The notes: generated from the sequence alone by a model not told the origin. A stretch of DNA of 53,861 bases, filler included, from Sluysia triapertura (GCA_046118255.1; 4 parts of 4 records of this genome joined end to end with filler, not necessarily neighbours in it); one strand, 5' to 3'; shown: positions 27,601-40,080, counted from the whole stretch's first letter. Program-made: numbers and translations.

Positions 27601-28454
27601 GTTTTATATCATACTCGAAGGAACCACTATAAGAATTTAAATATGTTAATAAAGGAAGATCAATTAGGACAATTATGATCTGAGGATCCGCTTACAGGTA
27701 TACATCTCCTTAGTTGCTAATTTTATAATAAATTCTCTTAACTCGGATAAAGCTGTTTCAAGTCTGTATACCTTCCCTCAAAATGTACGTCATTGGTTAT
27801 AATCACTCCCAATTAATTCTTATGTATTCGAATTCTTATGAGGAATATAAACGCTTACAAAATTGCTTACAACTAATATTCGAATATCAAAAATTATCTT
27901 GGCTCGGTTGTCGAATTATCGTAGGCTGAAACTTTTGTGTTTATTTCGCTGATTTTTCTATTTAGTGTCTTTACAATTAACGCTATTTAAAACTCTTCAA
28001 CACCATTAACAACTAGACCAATTTAGGAATTTGTATTTAAAACAAAATAATATAAAATTCAACTAAATATTACAAACAGTCAAGATTTTTAATCGGCCAA
28101 AATTAATTTAACGCCATCAAGTGATTCCGAAAACGAAATTAGATTTGTTTACAATCTACAACCATCAACTTGGAGATAAACAATAATCATTTTGACTATC
28201 CATCATATGTCAGAGGACGGCTATAATTTATTCATTAGTAAGTCTGAATTGATAAATTTTGTAAACTCGAACAGAGTTAGAAAATACTTCTCAAACTATT
28301 TATATTTCCGTTGGTCCTTAAGACCAATGACAACGTCTTTATAAACTTATTAATAGAAACATAAATAACATATTCCTTAATTAAATTAAGGAACAAAATT
28401 TCACTACAAATATTAAATCTAACTTTTGGTGTACGTTGTATTTGTGAAAAATGT

Positions 28455-28770
28455 TAGAATAAAAGAAAATTAATTTAATTTCAAGCTGTGAGTTCACCAA
28501 CGTACTGGACTTACCAGCGAGAGTTAGCCGTTGGATTTTAACGTAAAGAAGGATACTTAATCTTAAGCTGCGAAGATTTTACTTAACTCCTTAATTCTGG
28601 AGGTAGATTATTAAAATTTAATTAAGTGTCGAGGCAAATTTTTAAGTTTAAATAAAGAACAAATTATTTAGCAAATAACTTGTAATGTTACGTCGATTCT
28701 GTTATATGGAATCGGAAAAATATATTTTACTAACTAGAATTAACTTCTAGTATATGAAAACGTCTAAACG
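28455..28770. mobile_element. Unclassified dispersed repeat; other copies at 26398-26450, 45245-45534 and 46812-46886 in the opposite orientation
   Basis: Shared core GTGAGTTCACCAACGTACTGGACTTACCAG...GCCGTTGGATTT and shared TAGAATAAA terminus. The two long copies also share a CGATTCC-loop-GGAATCG-type hairpin and CTAGAAGTTAATTCTAG. Confidence 0.8.
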
Positions 28771-29669
28771 ATTTAGTTTACGATTTTAAAACTATAATTA
28801 CAATATTGAACGAAAATTAAAAAATTTATTAATAAAATAAATTAACATGAGTAATGTACAATATAATAAATACAAATTTTACGTACAACTAATTCAATTA
28901 GTTTTTATGAATATGTTGAAATTTTAAAAAGTATTTTACTATAGATCTTTATAAGATACCAATTAATAATAAAGATTTTACGTGTATTTTACCTACGATA
29001 TTCTATGAATATCTTACCTTATAAAAACTAAACTAACATGATCCTAATATAAACGAATTTAATGATCTGTTCTGGATTAAAACAAACAAAAATGCTATTA
29101 AAATTCATTAATTTATGATAATTATATTAAAATTCATTAATTCATTGACTTTAGGATCACAAATTATAATAATTATATTAAAATTCATTAATTTATTAAA
29201 ATTTATTGATTTTAAGTCAAAATAATTTTTAAAAAATTTAAATAAAATATTAAATTAAATATTAATTTAAAATATTAAATTCCAATAATAATTTTTTATA
29301 AAATCAATAATAATGATTCAAAATAATAATAAAACAAATAATAATAAATAATAGATTCAAAAAAATAATAATTAAATCGATAATGATTCGAATATTTATG
29401 TTCGATTGGTCAAAATATTATTATGTATTGTTGTGTATTTGTGTATTGTTCAAAGGTCTTAACATATATTGATAAAGAAGAGAAATCTTCTAATTTTTGT
29501 AAATTGCATATATTACTATTATTATTTGTTTTTGTATTATTCTTTGGAGTAATTTTTTTATAACCTTACNNNNNNNNNNNNNNNNNNNNNNNNNNNNNNN
29601 NNNNNNNNNNNNNTTAATTAATTAANNNNNNNNNNNNNNNNNNNNNNNNNNNNNNNNNNNNNNNNNNNN

Positions 29670-30420
29670 CTGTTTTCCTTGAGTGTAAACCTTAAAGGAT
29701 AATTAAGACCATAAATTTTCTATTGGATTGAGGTCAAGGGATCTTGCTGGCCACTATAACGCTTTTAATTCATCTTCACTGAACTTATTAAGTATAGTTT
29801 TAGATCGATGAGAGATGACATTGATATTTTCTGGAAGTTTGATATACTGAACTACTACTACTTTTGTCAAATCATAGTACTTATTATCACCATTAAGAGT
29901 TGATGGAACCACATGTAAAGCTAGCTTTACCACCACAAATTCTCTTAGAAAATATTTCTCTTGAATCCTTTAGATGATGTCAATTGTACTTATAAGCATC
30001 AGGACCATCCAGATTAAATTTCTTCTCATCTTGGTCCAGTCAGTGTGGTTATTAATATGATTTTCGGTAAAGTTAATTTTTACTCATTTATGAGCATCGG
30101 TAAGTGGAGATTTAGCAAGCATTTTTTAAATATTTTCCATACTGTTGTTTTACTACATTTTAGCTCTAAATCCGACTATTAGAAAGTGACTTAGGATGGC
30201 CCATTTGTTTCCACTGCTTTTGATAACTATTATCCAAATATTTGGATATCGTATGTCTTGATCTGTTTAACTTTTTGGAAATACTTGCAATACTTACGTT
30301 CCCCGTTTTTGTATCACTATTCACTAAGTTTAAATCCACGTACAATTATACGGTAAATATAATGGAGAGAAGTCCTAATATAATATAATGATATACTTAC
30401 AAAAAATGTCCTATACTTTT
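29670..30420 (-). mobile_element. Decayed Tc3-like (Tc1/mariner DD34E-type) transposase
   Basis: Minus-strand motifs GHPKSLS, KMLAKSPLTDAHK, DEKKFNLDGPDAY, FSKRICGG and WPARSLDLNPIENLW match Tc3-family transposase signatures. Stops, frameshifts and an internal deletion; truncated by the gap. Confidence 0.9.
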
Positions 30421-31104
30421 GAAACGAAATTTATTTAACTAAATGCAAAATAGTAATTAAATAGGAAGAGTTTATTCGTGTTTTACTTTCTAAATAATAT
30501 TGTTAATTTGTTATAATATAAATTGTCTTTGATAATGTATTGTAAATTCATAAAGGCCAAAATAAAAATTTATGGAAATTGGAATATTACCAAATCTTTG
30601 TAAATGACCTTTTTGCCTTACTATACTTTCTATAGTTGTTACCTTCATTTAGATCCATGGATCAATTTGTCTACAGTTTCCTTTGCTTAATCTTCGAAAA
30701 TAATCGAAATTGAACAGCCCGGATACCTCACTTGGCAATCTAATACTCTGCCCAGCATCCTCGTTTAATAATTATACTATTTTATTTTATTTATTAATTA
30801 TATAATAATAATAATAATGATGATGATGATAATAGTAATAATAATTTGTTTTAATAATGCTTTTAAATATGTGCTTTTATTTTTATATTGTGTAGTACTG
30901 ACTCTACTAAATTAAATATTGGTGCAAGTGTGCGATTACAAAAGGTAAAGTTTAACTTCACTGTTATTGACGACAAATACACTTGATAAAATAATTATAT
31001 AATTATTATACAGCAATTATATTGAAATAATATTATTATTTAACAAAAACGAATCACTACTAAATAAATATTGCTGAAATTATTAAAGTATTTTTATAGT
31101 TATA

Positions 31105-31675
31105 GAGTTTTTCATTTAATTTAATCCGGATTTTTTAGGCTATAAGTTATAAATGATCAACGTAGCAGTTAATAATGAAATCTGTCCAAATATCTTTAGA
31201 TTTTAATATGATTAGTGTTTTTAAAAAGGATGGCACTCGTGCACCTAGCACAACGAAAAATTATGTAAAAAGTATCATTGAAGATGATGTTTCAATAACA
31301 TTGAAGAGAATAAAGGAAAGACTATCTTCAAACTTTAACATAAATTGTTCTATTTCAACAATTAACAGAACGATTGATAGTTTTAATTATAGTTTTAAGG
31401 AAAAGCTATGAAAGCGGTTTTTTCAAAATGGAAAAATTCGATTAAATCTAGAAATTGTAGAACACAAGAAGAACTAAAAAAAATAGCATTTTTTCTTCTT
31501 CTTTTGATAAATCAACTGAAAATTGTATCGAATATTTTGAGTATATGAAGCAATTTTTGATCAAAGCCTTCGAGTAAGTTCCTTTCAATTAAAGAAATTT
31601 TTATTTTTTATTTTACCATGTTTTAACGGAATGAATAATTTTTATGTTAGTTATTAAAGGATTAAATTAAATGAC
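31105..31675 (+). mobile_element. Internally deleted IS630/Tc1-like element, copy 1
   Basis: TIR TCATTTAATTTAATCC / GGATTAAATTAAATGA. HTH-region peptide ITLKRIKERLSSNFNINCSISTINRTIDSFNYSFK is fused to the C-terminal AVFSKWKNSIKSRNC. A close copy lies at 37430-37918. Confidence 0.8.
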
Positions 31676-31789
31676 AAGAGGATTAAATTAAATTAGTCCA
31701 ATCACAATGTACGAATTTCTGATTTGGTATCTTGTCCTACACATGTTCTGTATGTAGTATCGAGCCGACAAAACTCGAATTTTACGAAT

Positions 31790-31850
31790 AAGTGGTTAGT
31801 GGTTAGTGCGAGAAACCTTAGAAAGTGGGTGTTTTAGAATCGCTGAGTCA
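31790..31850 (+). mobile_element. Possible tRNA-derived SINE head remnant
   Basis: GTGGTTAGTGGTTAGTGCG resembles a tRNA A-box/D-arm. Only a degenerate B-box follows (GTTTTAGAATCG). Confidence 0.2.
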
Positions 31851-31920
31851 TCAAATTACGCATTATTTAATTATGTTATGGCTAAAGTTCAGATAATTTG
31901 TAAACATATATAGTACTAAC

Positions 31921-32073
31921 CAGGTTGGTAAAACGACGGAGCTAGATATTGAGAATTATTCATTACAGTTACAGTACACCGAAACCAAATATAACCAATC
32001 GTAATTGCTAATATAAGTCCAGCCAAAAATCCAACCAATGAGGACACGATCATGTACATGGAAGAATATTTAA
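31921..32073 (-). CDS. SEMA5: Semaphorin-5 exon: transmembrane helix and start of cytoplasmic tail
   Basis: 153 nt, phase 1-1. Encodes VKYSSMYMIVSSLVGFLAGLILAITIGYIWFRCTVTVMNNSQYLAPSFYQP, donor GTTAGT. The last exon is uncertain; a 39-nt intron would add AIT and a stop. Confidence 0.88.
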
Positions 32074-32115
32074 CTAAACAAATACAATTTAATCAAATAA
32101 CATTTAATCAACAAC

Positions 32116-32265
32116 CTTTCAATTGTTTGTAAAAATTTAAACATGGTTTAGTTTGTAAAGTTGGCATAGAACATCGATTGTTTATCAAACAACGTCTATG
32201 GCGTTTATGAAACCCTTCTGAAAGACACGAAGACCATTTTGTCCAAGGAGAATAGTATGATTTAC
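32116..32265 (-). CDS. SEMA5: Semaphorin-5 exon: TSP1 repeat 7
   Basis: 150 nt, phase 1-1. Encodes CKSYYSPWTKWSSCLSEGFHKRHRRCLINNRCSMPTLQTKPCLNFYKQLK. Followed by a 42-nt intron (32074-32115). Confidence 0.9.
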
Positions 32266-32929
32266 CTAAAGTAAAAAAAACAAAATAAATTTTGCATATT
32301 TTTAGCTATTTTTCAATATTAATATTATTTTAACACTATTTCTATCAAAAAGACCCCTTTTAACGATTTAGTTTGAAATTATTTTCTAATTATTTCCCCT
32401 TCAGCTCATCCTAGATCTAAATATACTTGCATCAACTTTGATCCGATTTTAAATAGCTTAGATTACTTTAAATAGTGAACCTTTAACAACAGATATAGCA
32501 AAATAAAATTGAACAGGGTCCGGTTACAACTTGGAGTTCAAAATTCTGTTATATTTACTTAAAAAACAAGTTTAAATCGTTCTTAACTATTTTAGGAGGG
32601 TCTTAATTATCTTATGTTAAATGTGTCAACTTATCAAAACGAAAACAATACTTATATTTATTGATAACACTAAAAATTTTGATAAGAAAAGAAAAAGGGT
32701 GTAAGTTCAAAATTAAAATTATAAGAGAATAATTAATTTAATTAATTTAAAATTCTTCTCAGTAGGAAGATAAAACTTCCCTATAAAAAACAAATTACCA
32801 TATGCATGGAAATACAATTGTTGCCAAATATCCAAAGAAATATCCAAATAAAGTCGTTAAGACAGATAACCGCAGCAAAAACTAGTCAAAGCACCTGACT
32901 GATAACTGTGGAATGGTGATTTTCCCTTG

Positions 32930-33175
32930 TATATACTAGTTTATATACTAGTCATCAGCCAATGAAAATCGATGGAATGTTCTAGAATATTCTAGAAGCT
33001 TCCATTCTATTTATAGAAGCAAATTTTCTTTTTTAGAAATTTATTTTATTTTTTGGAATATAATATTTCTTTTTGGAAACGTTGAAATATTTTTTAAATG
33101 ATTAACACAATTTTTAATAATATTTGACATAATTTTAGAGGTACTTGGTGGCCACCTAACAAAATAAAGTCTTAT
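32930..33175 (-). mobile_element. Dispersed repeat, HSE/CCAAT family, copy 3 (best preserved), inside a Sema5 intron
   Basis: CCAAT at 32959 and six alternating nGAAn/nTTCn pentamers at 32974-33003. Homologous to 6820-7000 and 20100-20225. Confidence 0.7.
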
Positions 33176-33281
33176 ATAAACTAATGGCCTATAAGAATTT
33201 CACAAGGACATGAATATTTTTAAAATGTTCTGAAATGAAAACATTTTAGCACATAATTCATAAAATAAAATTTGCACAAAC

Positions 33282-33479
33282 ATTCTGTAAGAGGACATGG
33301 TCTTTCTTCCATAAAATTACCAAGACATTTCGAATTGATTGCATCACGTAAACATTTTCTGTATCGTTTTTGAGTTGTCAAAGATTCACATTTATTAGGG
33401 CATTTATCCCACGAGGACCAACAAGACCATTCACTGACACACGGTACTTTGTTACAAAATCGAATGTCGTGATCATAAC
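33282..33479 (-). CDS. SEMA5: Semaphorin-5 exon: end of TSP1 repeat 5 and repeat 6
   Basis: 198 nt, phase 1-1. Encodes GYDHDIRFCNKVPCVSEWSCWSSWDKCPNKC...QKRYRKC...CLGNFMEERPCPLTE. WSCW and CLGxxxEExxC are typical of Sema5 repeat 6. Confidence 0.93.
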
Positions 33480-33722
33480 CTAAAATATAATAATAATAAA
33501 TTACTTAATAAATTTGTAATAAATTTTATTGGTTATATAGACTCAATTAAGAAAATGAATGGAACTATTGAAAGAAAAAATATTAATCATAAATTGATAT
33601 TCATAAATTGACGATCAAATCAGCATTGAACAATTCCAATCGAGATTTCGGAAAAATATTTCTATTAGCTTTCGTAAGTTTTCAATATATAAGATTATTC
33701 CTTACTTATGTACAATATTGTA

Positions 33723-34429
33723 CTACCTCTGTCCGAAAATATGGTACACATTGAAAGTAGTTAATATTTAAGCCTTTTTTCATTTTAAATACAAATAAAT
33801 GTTAGTAAGAAAATAATCAAATAGATGGAGCTGCAATAATTAACAAATGTCAAAATTAATTAAATACAAACAATTGGCCATTTTAATTAAATTTAAATTG
33901 CATTCACTGTGTGTACAAAATGGTAAACCATAATGAAAAGTGTGATCAAATGTGCCGAAAAAAGATCAAAATCATCACAACTGACCAATAACCAAGGTAA
34001 TGGCATTTTACAAAAATTATTGCAATATGGTGCAATAAACATTGTTTCCGCTGATTCCCGAATTTGGAACATAGCTAAAAAAACAATTTAGTGACGGCCA
34101 AATTATTCGGAAGATTTGACAAAAATGAAAAATGTCCCCTTAAACCATCGTGGAGCAATTCGCAGTTTAGCTGCTGCTATTGACATCCCAAAGTCAACAC
34201 TTTTTGATACTTTTAAGCGTGGTGTTAAGCCATATTTAACGGAACAAAATAAGTTGAATGGATTAGCGTTTTGCTTGAGTCATGTTAATTCAGATGGTTA
34301 TTATGTACAACTATGTTCATATTGACGAAAAATGGTTCTACTTAACACAAACCAAACGTTCATATTACGTTTTTTTAAATAAAGTCGTTAAATTTGTTAA
34401 ATGTATACCATATTTTCGGACAGAGGTAG
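33723..34429 (+). mobile_element. Non-autonomous plant-type (DD39D, Stowaway-related) mariner of 707 bp
   Basis: TA TSD on both sides. TIR CTACCTCTGTCCGAAAATATGGTA is perfect over 24 bp. Peptides IRSLAAAIDIPKSTL, VKPYLTEQNK...FCLSHV and MYNYVHIDEKWFYLT match DD39D transposases. The rest of the catalytic domain is deleted. Confidence 0.92.
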
Positions 34430-37024
34430 TATTTTTTACTACTAGTAAAAAAATCATAACTAAAATCTGTTTTGTCAGCGTTAAAGTTCAAAGGCTTTAC
34501 TGTTATAAATTAATTAATTATTTTATTATTATTACTATTGTTGTTTAGTGTAAATTTTGTTTGTTATTGTAAACAATTTGTAAATTTAATTATTTACCTA
34601 AGTGAGTTTAGAATATAATAATTCGTAGTCAAATATTATGTTTCCAATTCCAAATAAAGGTCTGTAAGAAAAAATTATAGCGATTTCAAAGATTAATCAC
34701 AAATCCTGCAGAAACTACATTCAACATACATCAAAATATTGTTTTTTTCAAGTTGAATGTGTTTGGTGATGGTAAATTTTTTTATAAAGCTTTTTTCATA
34801 CGTAAATATAACATAAACATAAATAAATAAATAATTTAAATTCGATTTGAGTACGTTTTTTTGAGTGAGGCGTTTAATTGTGAAAATTTTGTGTTTTCGC
34901 TGGAATTAAATAGGACCTGTAGAGGGGATTCAATGGAAATAAAATAGGATCGCAAAGGGTTAAAATAAAACACGTGATTTTAAAATTATTATCAATAACG
35001 TAATCAAGATGGCGGTTAAGGCGTTTATAGTGAACAAAACGACTTAAGATCTTTAAAAAAGGAATTTAACAAAAAGTAGTTATTAAAATCTATCTTAAGG
35101 CCTTTGACTACTAACTCAAGGCTTCGGATACTCAAATGATACTGTGCAATTTTATTAATACTAATAATCAAACTAATAGCTAATTTTTAAAACCTATAAT
35201 TAAACTTGATTAAATAAAATCAAATCAAAGTGACTTGCTTAGAATTTGTACAGAAATAATCGCTGGAACAGCTAGCTTTGTATCTAACACTAAATCATTA
35301 AACATATTCTTTATTAAACTCGAATTTAAAAAGTTAAATTCAAAATTTCTAAATTGTCAAAAATATCTCATATTTCTTAAATTAATTATTAGCTCGACTT
35401 GATAACTATTTACTATCACTTTTAAATTATCTTTCGGTACAATTAATGCATATGAACTAGCAAAACTTTAAAATATCTAGATGTATCAGTAGCTTTTGAT
35501 ATAAATTCACTTACATATACAGTACCTTAAGATATCTAACGTTATTAATAAGTTCATCTTGTCTTTCAATAAACATTGTTGAAAGTGACAAATCAAAATT
35601 AATATATTGCAACATATTTTAATCTCATTGACAAGTTTGAAAAATCATTCACCTTTGAAATTATAAATATCACATAACTATAATAAATTCAAAATTCTTG
35701 AAATTGATTGGTTAGTATGTGAATATTTATTAGAAGAATGATGATGACGATGATAATCGTGTCAATGAGGATGACATTTGCGTCGATGATCATGATGATA
35801 ATCATGTCAATGATTATTGTGATTATGATTGAAATATAATATTCAAATTAATGAATAGTTATAGTAGTAATATTAATAATAAATAATATTTAAATAAAAA
35901 TAATAATGATAAAAAAAGTAATAGTTTGTTAGATTTAATAAAGCATAAGTAGGATAGGATAAGACAAGATAATGAATAACTGGATGTGAATTTATTATTT
36001 ATTGTTTGATAAATTTGTTTTTTGCCATTGGAATGATGTATGAGTTTTTTGAGTCATCACAAGTTTGATCTATAATTTTCTGGATAATTTCATATTTCAT
36101 TACTAATCTTTTTTTTCACACCTTACTTTGAAATAGTCATTTCTATGCGTCTTTTATTTATTCCTCATTTGAAATTTATTCATATATCATACATATAAGT
36201 ATTTTGAGATGATTTTGATTTATTAACTTGATTCTGATTATAATTTATATTATTGGTTTCAGTGTATTTATTTAATTTTGTCACTAGTGATCTATTTTTA
36301 TCTTCTAATTCGATATCTTCAATGATTAATGATAATATGACTAATATCTTCCTACATTAGCTTGACTAGATTATTATTTATTCATTACTCATCTACAATC
36401 CTTTTGTGGTGTGTTAATTTGTACTTATTCGTACTCGCTTTTAATTGATTTAGAAAATCGATTTTAAAGATGTACTTTTTCAATAAATATAATTCAATTT
36501 ATTATAATTATTTTAATAATAATTATAAATAAACTTAAATTATTCATTTATTTCAATAATTTGATACATTATAAATATCTAGTCAATTTTGTGTATAAAT
36601 AATACAAGTTCAGTAAATTAACTATGAGATTGATTAAATTAAATTACAATTTAAAAAATTAATTAAACTTATGCATTAAAAGTAAGCTTAAATAAATTTA
36701 AGCTATAAATCATATTCGTTATACTAATAATTTATAAGTTGCATCAATTAAAATAGTTTAGCTGTTTGTTTTTATGTATCAATTTCAGAAAAAATTTAAA
36801 TTAAAATAAAAAATATCAAACTATTTATCGGAACCAATAGATTTAGCTATACTATCTTCTTAAATGCCTCATTGACATTATTTAATATTTTAAAATTTGG
36901 TATTTGTATTGTTTATACAAACAATTTAATTTTAATTTTGGTTGTATTATTGCTTTTAAAATGGTAATCATGTTTTAATAAAATTATTATCCACGATTTT
37001 TGTCAGCCTAATCGAATCAACAAA

Positions 37025-37055
37025 ACGTTTGGCAACTTGGAATGTACGAAGATGC
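37025..37055 (+). mobile_element. Possible tiny LINE endonuclease N-terminal remnant
   Basis: Translates as RLATWNVR, like the APE N-terminal motif of RTE-type LINEs. Nothing else is recognisable nearby. Confidence 0.2.
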
Positions 37056-37187
37056 ATCCGCTTCAATTTTCGCCTTGGTTTTGATTAAAAATAAACCCGT
37101 TTCAAATTAATATTGACTCGTCATTTATGCTCGTATATATTAATAGCAATAGATATTTATATTATTTTCTCTACAAAAAATAATTAC

Positions 37188-37313
37188 CGAAACAAGAGTC
37201 GGATTTAGAACATTTTCTGGTTCGAGTAGAATATAATAATAGTCCACAATCCGAAGTACAATTAGACCAAGGTGACCATTGTTCGAAGATAGCTTTTAAG
37301 GCAAACATGCTGT
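37188..37313 (-). CDS. SEMA5: Semaphorin-5 exon: TSP1 repeat 5, N-terminal part
   Basis: 126 nt, phase 1-1, TACAG acceptor, GTAATT donor. Encodes FEQWSPWSNCTSDCGLLLYSTRTRKCSKSDSCFG. Confidence 0.92.
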
Positions 37314-37429
37314 CTGTAATACAATTAGAATGAAAAAATTATAATTATAATATAAAATAAAATTAAATAAATTTTTATTTTTTTAATTTACTAAGTTTTA
37401 TAAAATCGTTACTTTTAAACATTAATATA

Positions 37430-37918
37430 GGGTTTTTCATTTAATTTAATCCGGATTTTTAGGCTATAAGTTATAAATGAAAAATGAAGCAGTTAATAAT
37501 GAAATCTGTCCAATTATCTTTAGATTTTAATATAATTAGTGTTTTTAAAAATCGGAGAGAATGAAAAAGTATCATTGAAGATGATGTTTCAATAACATTG
37601 GAAAGAATAAAGGAAAGATCTTCGAACTTGAACATAAATTTCAACAATTAACAGAGCGATTTATAGTTTTAATTATAGTTTTAAGGAAAAGCTATGAAAG
37701 CGGTTTTTTCAAAATGGAAAAATTCGATTAAATCTAGAAATTGTAGAACACAAGAAGAACTAAAAATATCAACTGAAAATTGTACTGCATATTTTTGATC
37801 AAAGCCTTTGAGAAAATTCCTTTCAATTAAAGAAATTTTTATTTTTTATTTTACCATGTTTTAATGGAATGAATAATTTTTATGTTAGTTATTAAAGGAT
37901 TAAATTAAATGAAAATTT
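37430..37918 (+). mobile_element. Internally deleted IS630/Tc1-like element, copy 2, inside a Sema5 intron
   Basis: Collinear with 31105-31675 apart from small deletions. Same TIRs, TA at the left flank. Confidence 0.8.
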
Positions 37919-37952
37919 AATTAAATTAAAATAAAATAGTACTATCACAAAC

Positions 37953-38126
37953 ATTTTTGTAAACAGGATTTTGAACAGTCATTTTCAATAAGACTTTGTG
38001 TGCGAATAATATCCAATTCGACAGTTACATTGGATAAATAAGAATACTTCCTTGTGCATTTGAATTTAATTCGTTGCTTTGCTTGATTCGTTACAAACCA
38101 ATTACTCCAATTTGATTCGTTAGTTG
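37953..38126 (-). CDS. SEMA5: Semaphorin-5 exon: degenerate fourth TSP1 repeat
   Basis: 174 nt, phase 1-1, TATAG acceptor, GTTTGT donor. TNESNWSNWFVTNQAKQRIKFKC...DCSKSC parallels the class-5 WTPWLPVN...EQRFRFTC segment. Confidence 0.85.
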
Positions 38127-39249
38127 CTATAGCAGTAGTAATTATAATAATAATGAATAAAAATGAATAAGCACATTAGTAAATAGTTAATAGGAGCCCA
38201 GTAATATCCCCATGATTCTGCTTTGAGGCAAATTGCGTAAGACAAGAAAGTGTGTGTATGTTATGTGTAATGAAATGTATTAGAATAAGTTGATTGTGTG
38301 TGACATCATTTGCAGCAATAGAAAAAGTTCGATTGTTTCTGTATGATATAGTTTTCTAATGAAAGCCTATAATCACATTTGTTTTGATATTTAAGAGTTC
38401 GATTGTGATCCATAGGATTTTAAAGATAAAATTATGGAGGTGCTACTAGACTTATGTGTGAGAGAACTATATCATTTTATTATGAAGTATTATCGCAAAC
38501 TGAAATCTTAGCAATTAATCTCCACTTATTACTCAATTTGAATTTAAATTTAATTTAAGTTTAATAAAACTCGTTAAATCTCTATCTTCTTAAAAATGAG
38601 GTTTAGTTACCTTGGATATTGTAATCCTTTTTAAAAAGGATTTTAAAAAACGATTTTGTTACCGTATTTAAACTGGTTGAACTATATAATTGGGCTTTTA
38701 TAATTTAAATTAAATTAGAATTATTTTAATATTTTTTGGGAAATTTGTTGATACTCAATATGGTAACTTATAAAATTAATATGTATTATATAATACATAT
38801 ATATGATATAATATATAATGAATTTAAAATGTCACTTTTTGATATAATTGTGAAGCTTGAATTTGATTGGTTAAACCTGAAATGAACAGATTGATTGTGT
38901 CTCCTTTCTAGATTTTCTTAGACATACTTAATGGATCATATTTAAGAGGTGTAGTGCAGAAAATTCAGGCTTAAACATGCTATCTTCAATTCGATTGAAT
39001 AATTTGCATAAATTTACATGGCAAATGAATTGCAAGCATACATATATAGATTGGATATATCGAAGTTACCAATGTGAAAAATAACCAAAGTAAAGTTCTT
39101 ACATTTATCAATATATTGTTTGAGTTTGTTTGCATTGAATGAAATAGTTAAACTCGAATTTAATGTTTTTGTCTGAATTTCGTTTAACATATCTACTACG
39201 AAATAAGTACTCAAAAGCTCTTAAAATAAATCATTCAATGTAATATTTC

Positions 39250-40080
39250 TGTAAAAGAAAGAACTTTAAGTTTTCTTAAATATTTCATAATCTTCCAGTA
39301 ATTTGATATTCTCTGGTAGTACTGATTAACGGAAATTAACCTATCACCTAGCTTGTTATCATTGTGGATTCTGATAGAATATTATGGTTTCTTGGTTTCT
39401 AATTTTCGTATTATTTCTAAAAGATATCCAGGACTTCCGTAATGTAAGCATTTGTAAATGATTTTGATTTCTATTCTTGCTCTCATTGGCAACCAAAGTA
39501 ATTCGTTAATATAAGGTGTTACATGAGATCTTCTTCCAACTTGGAAAACTAGTCTTGCTGCTTGATTAATTATTAATTGTAATTTTTTTTCACTTTTTTA
39601 TATGAAATTGAGTACGACAAACCATTGTTAACATACATGTTGCTAGGTACCAATGAATGAATAATAAGTTTCTTTATTAATAAATTTTCGAATAAATTAT
39701 TAACAATACAATTAATACTTTCTTCCATGTTCATTTTTGAATCCATATAACAACCTATCTTTCGTACTTTCTGCTTCGCATCTAGTGTCTTATCACATAG
39801 AATTAACTTTGTTTCATTTATTTTGTTATTACAGCTATTTTTATTATTGAAGATTATAAATTCTGACTTTTCTTCATTAATTATTTTAAAGTATTTATTT
39901 CCAAACCATTTTATCAATTCAGATACTAGTTCTTCTGTTCTTTGAATAGTATTATCTATGTTATTCATTTCAAATTCACTATATATATTTGCAGATCATC
40001 AGCATAGATATATGGTTCTATTAAACTTGAAACATCATTGATATACATTATAAACAATAATGAAGCAAGAATAATTTTGC
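39250..40080 (-). mobile_element. 5'-truncated L2-clade LINE, C-terminal half of reverse transcriptase (pseudogene)
   Basis: ILASLLFIMYINDV...YIYADDLQIY, then LIKWF...INEEKSEFIIF, VRKIGCYMDSKMNM, QLIINQAARLV...SHVTPYINELLWLPMRARIEIK...GSPGYL. Frameshifted. Confidence 0.92.

Noticed and set aside
27560-27800. Possible last exons of Sema5, or a DxxxLYPS polymerase-like word
   Set aside because: Several incompatible short frames, beyond an assembly gap, with no supporting motifs.
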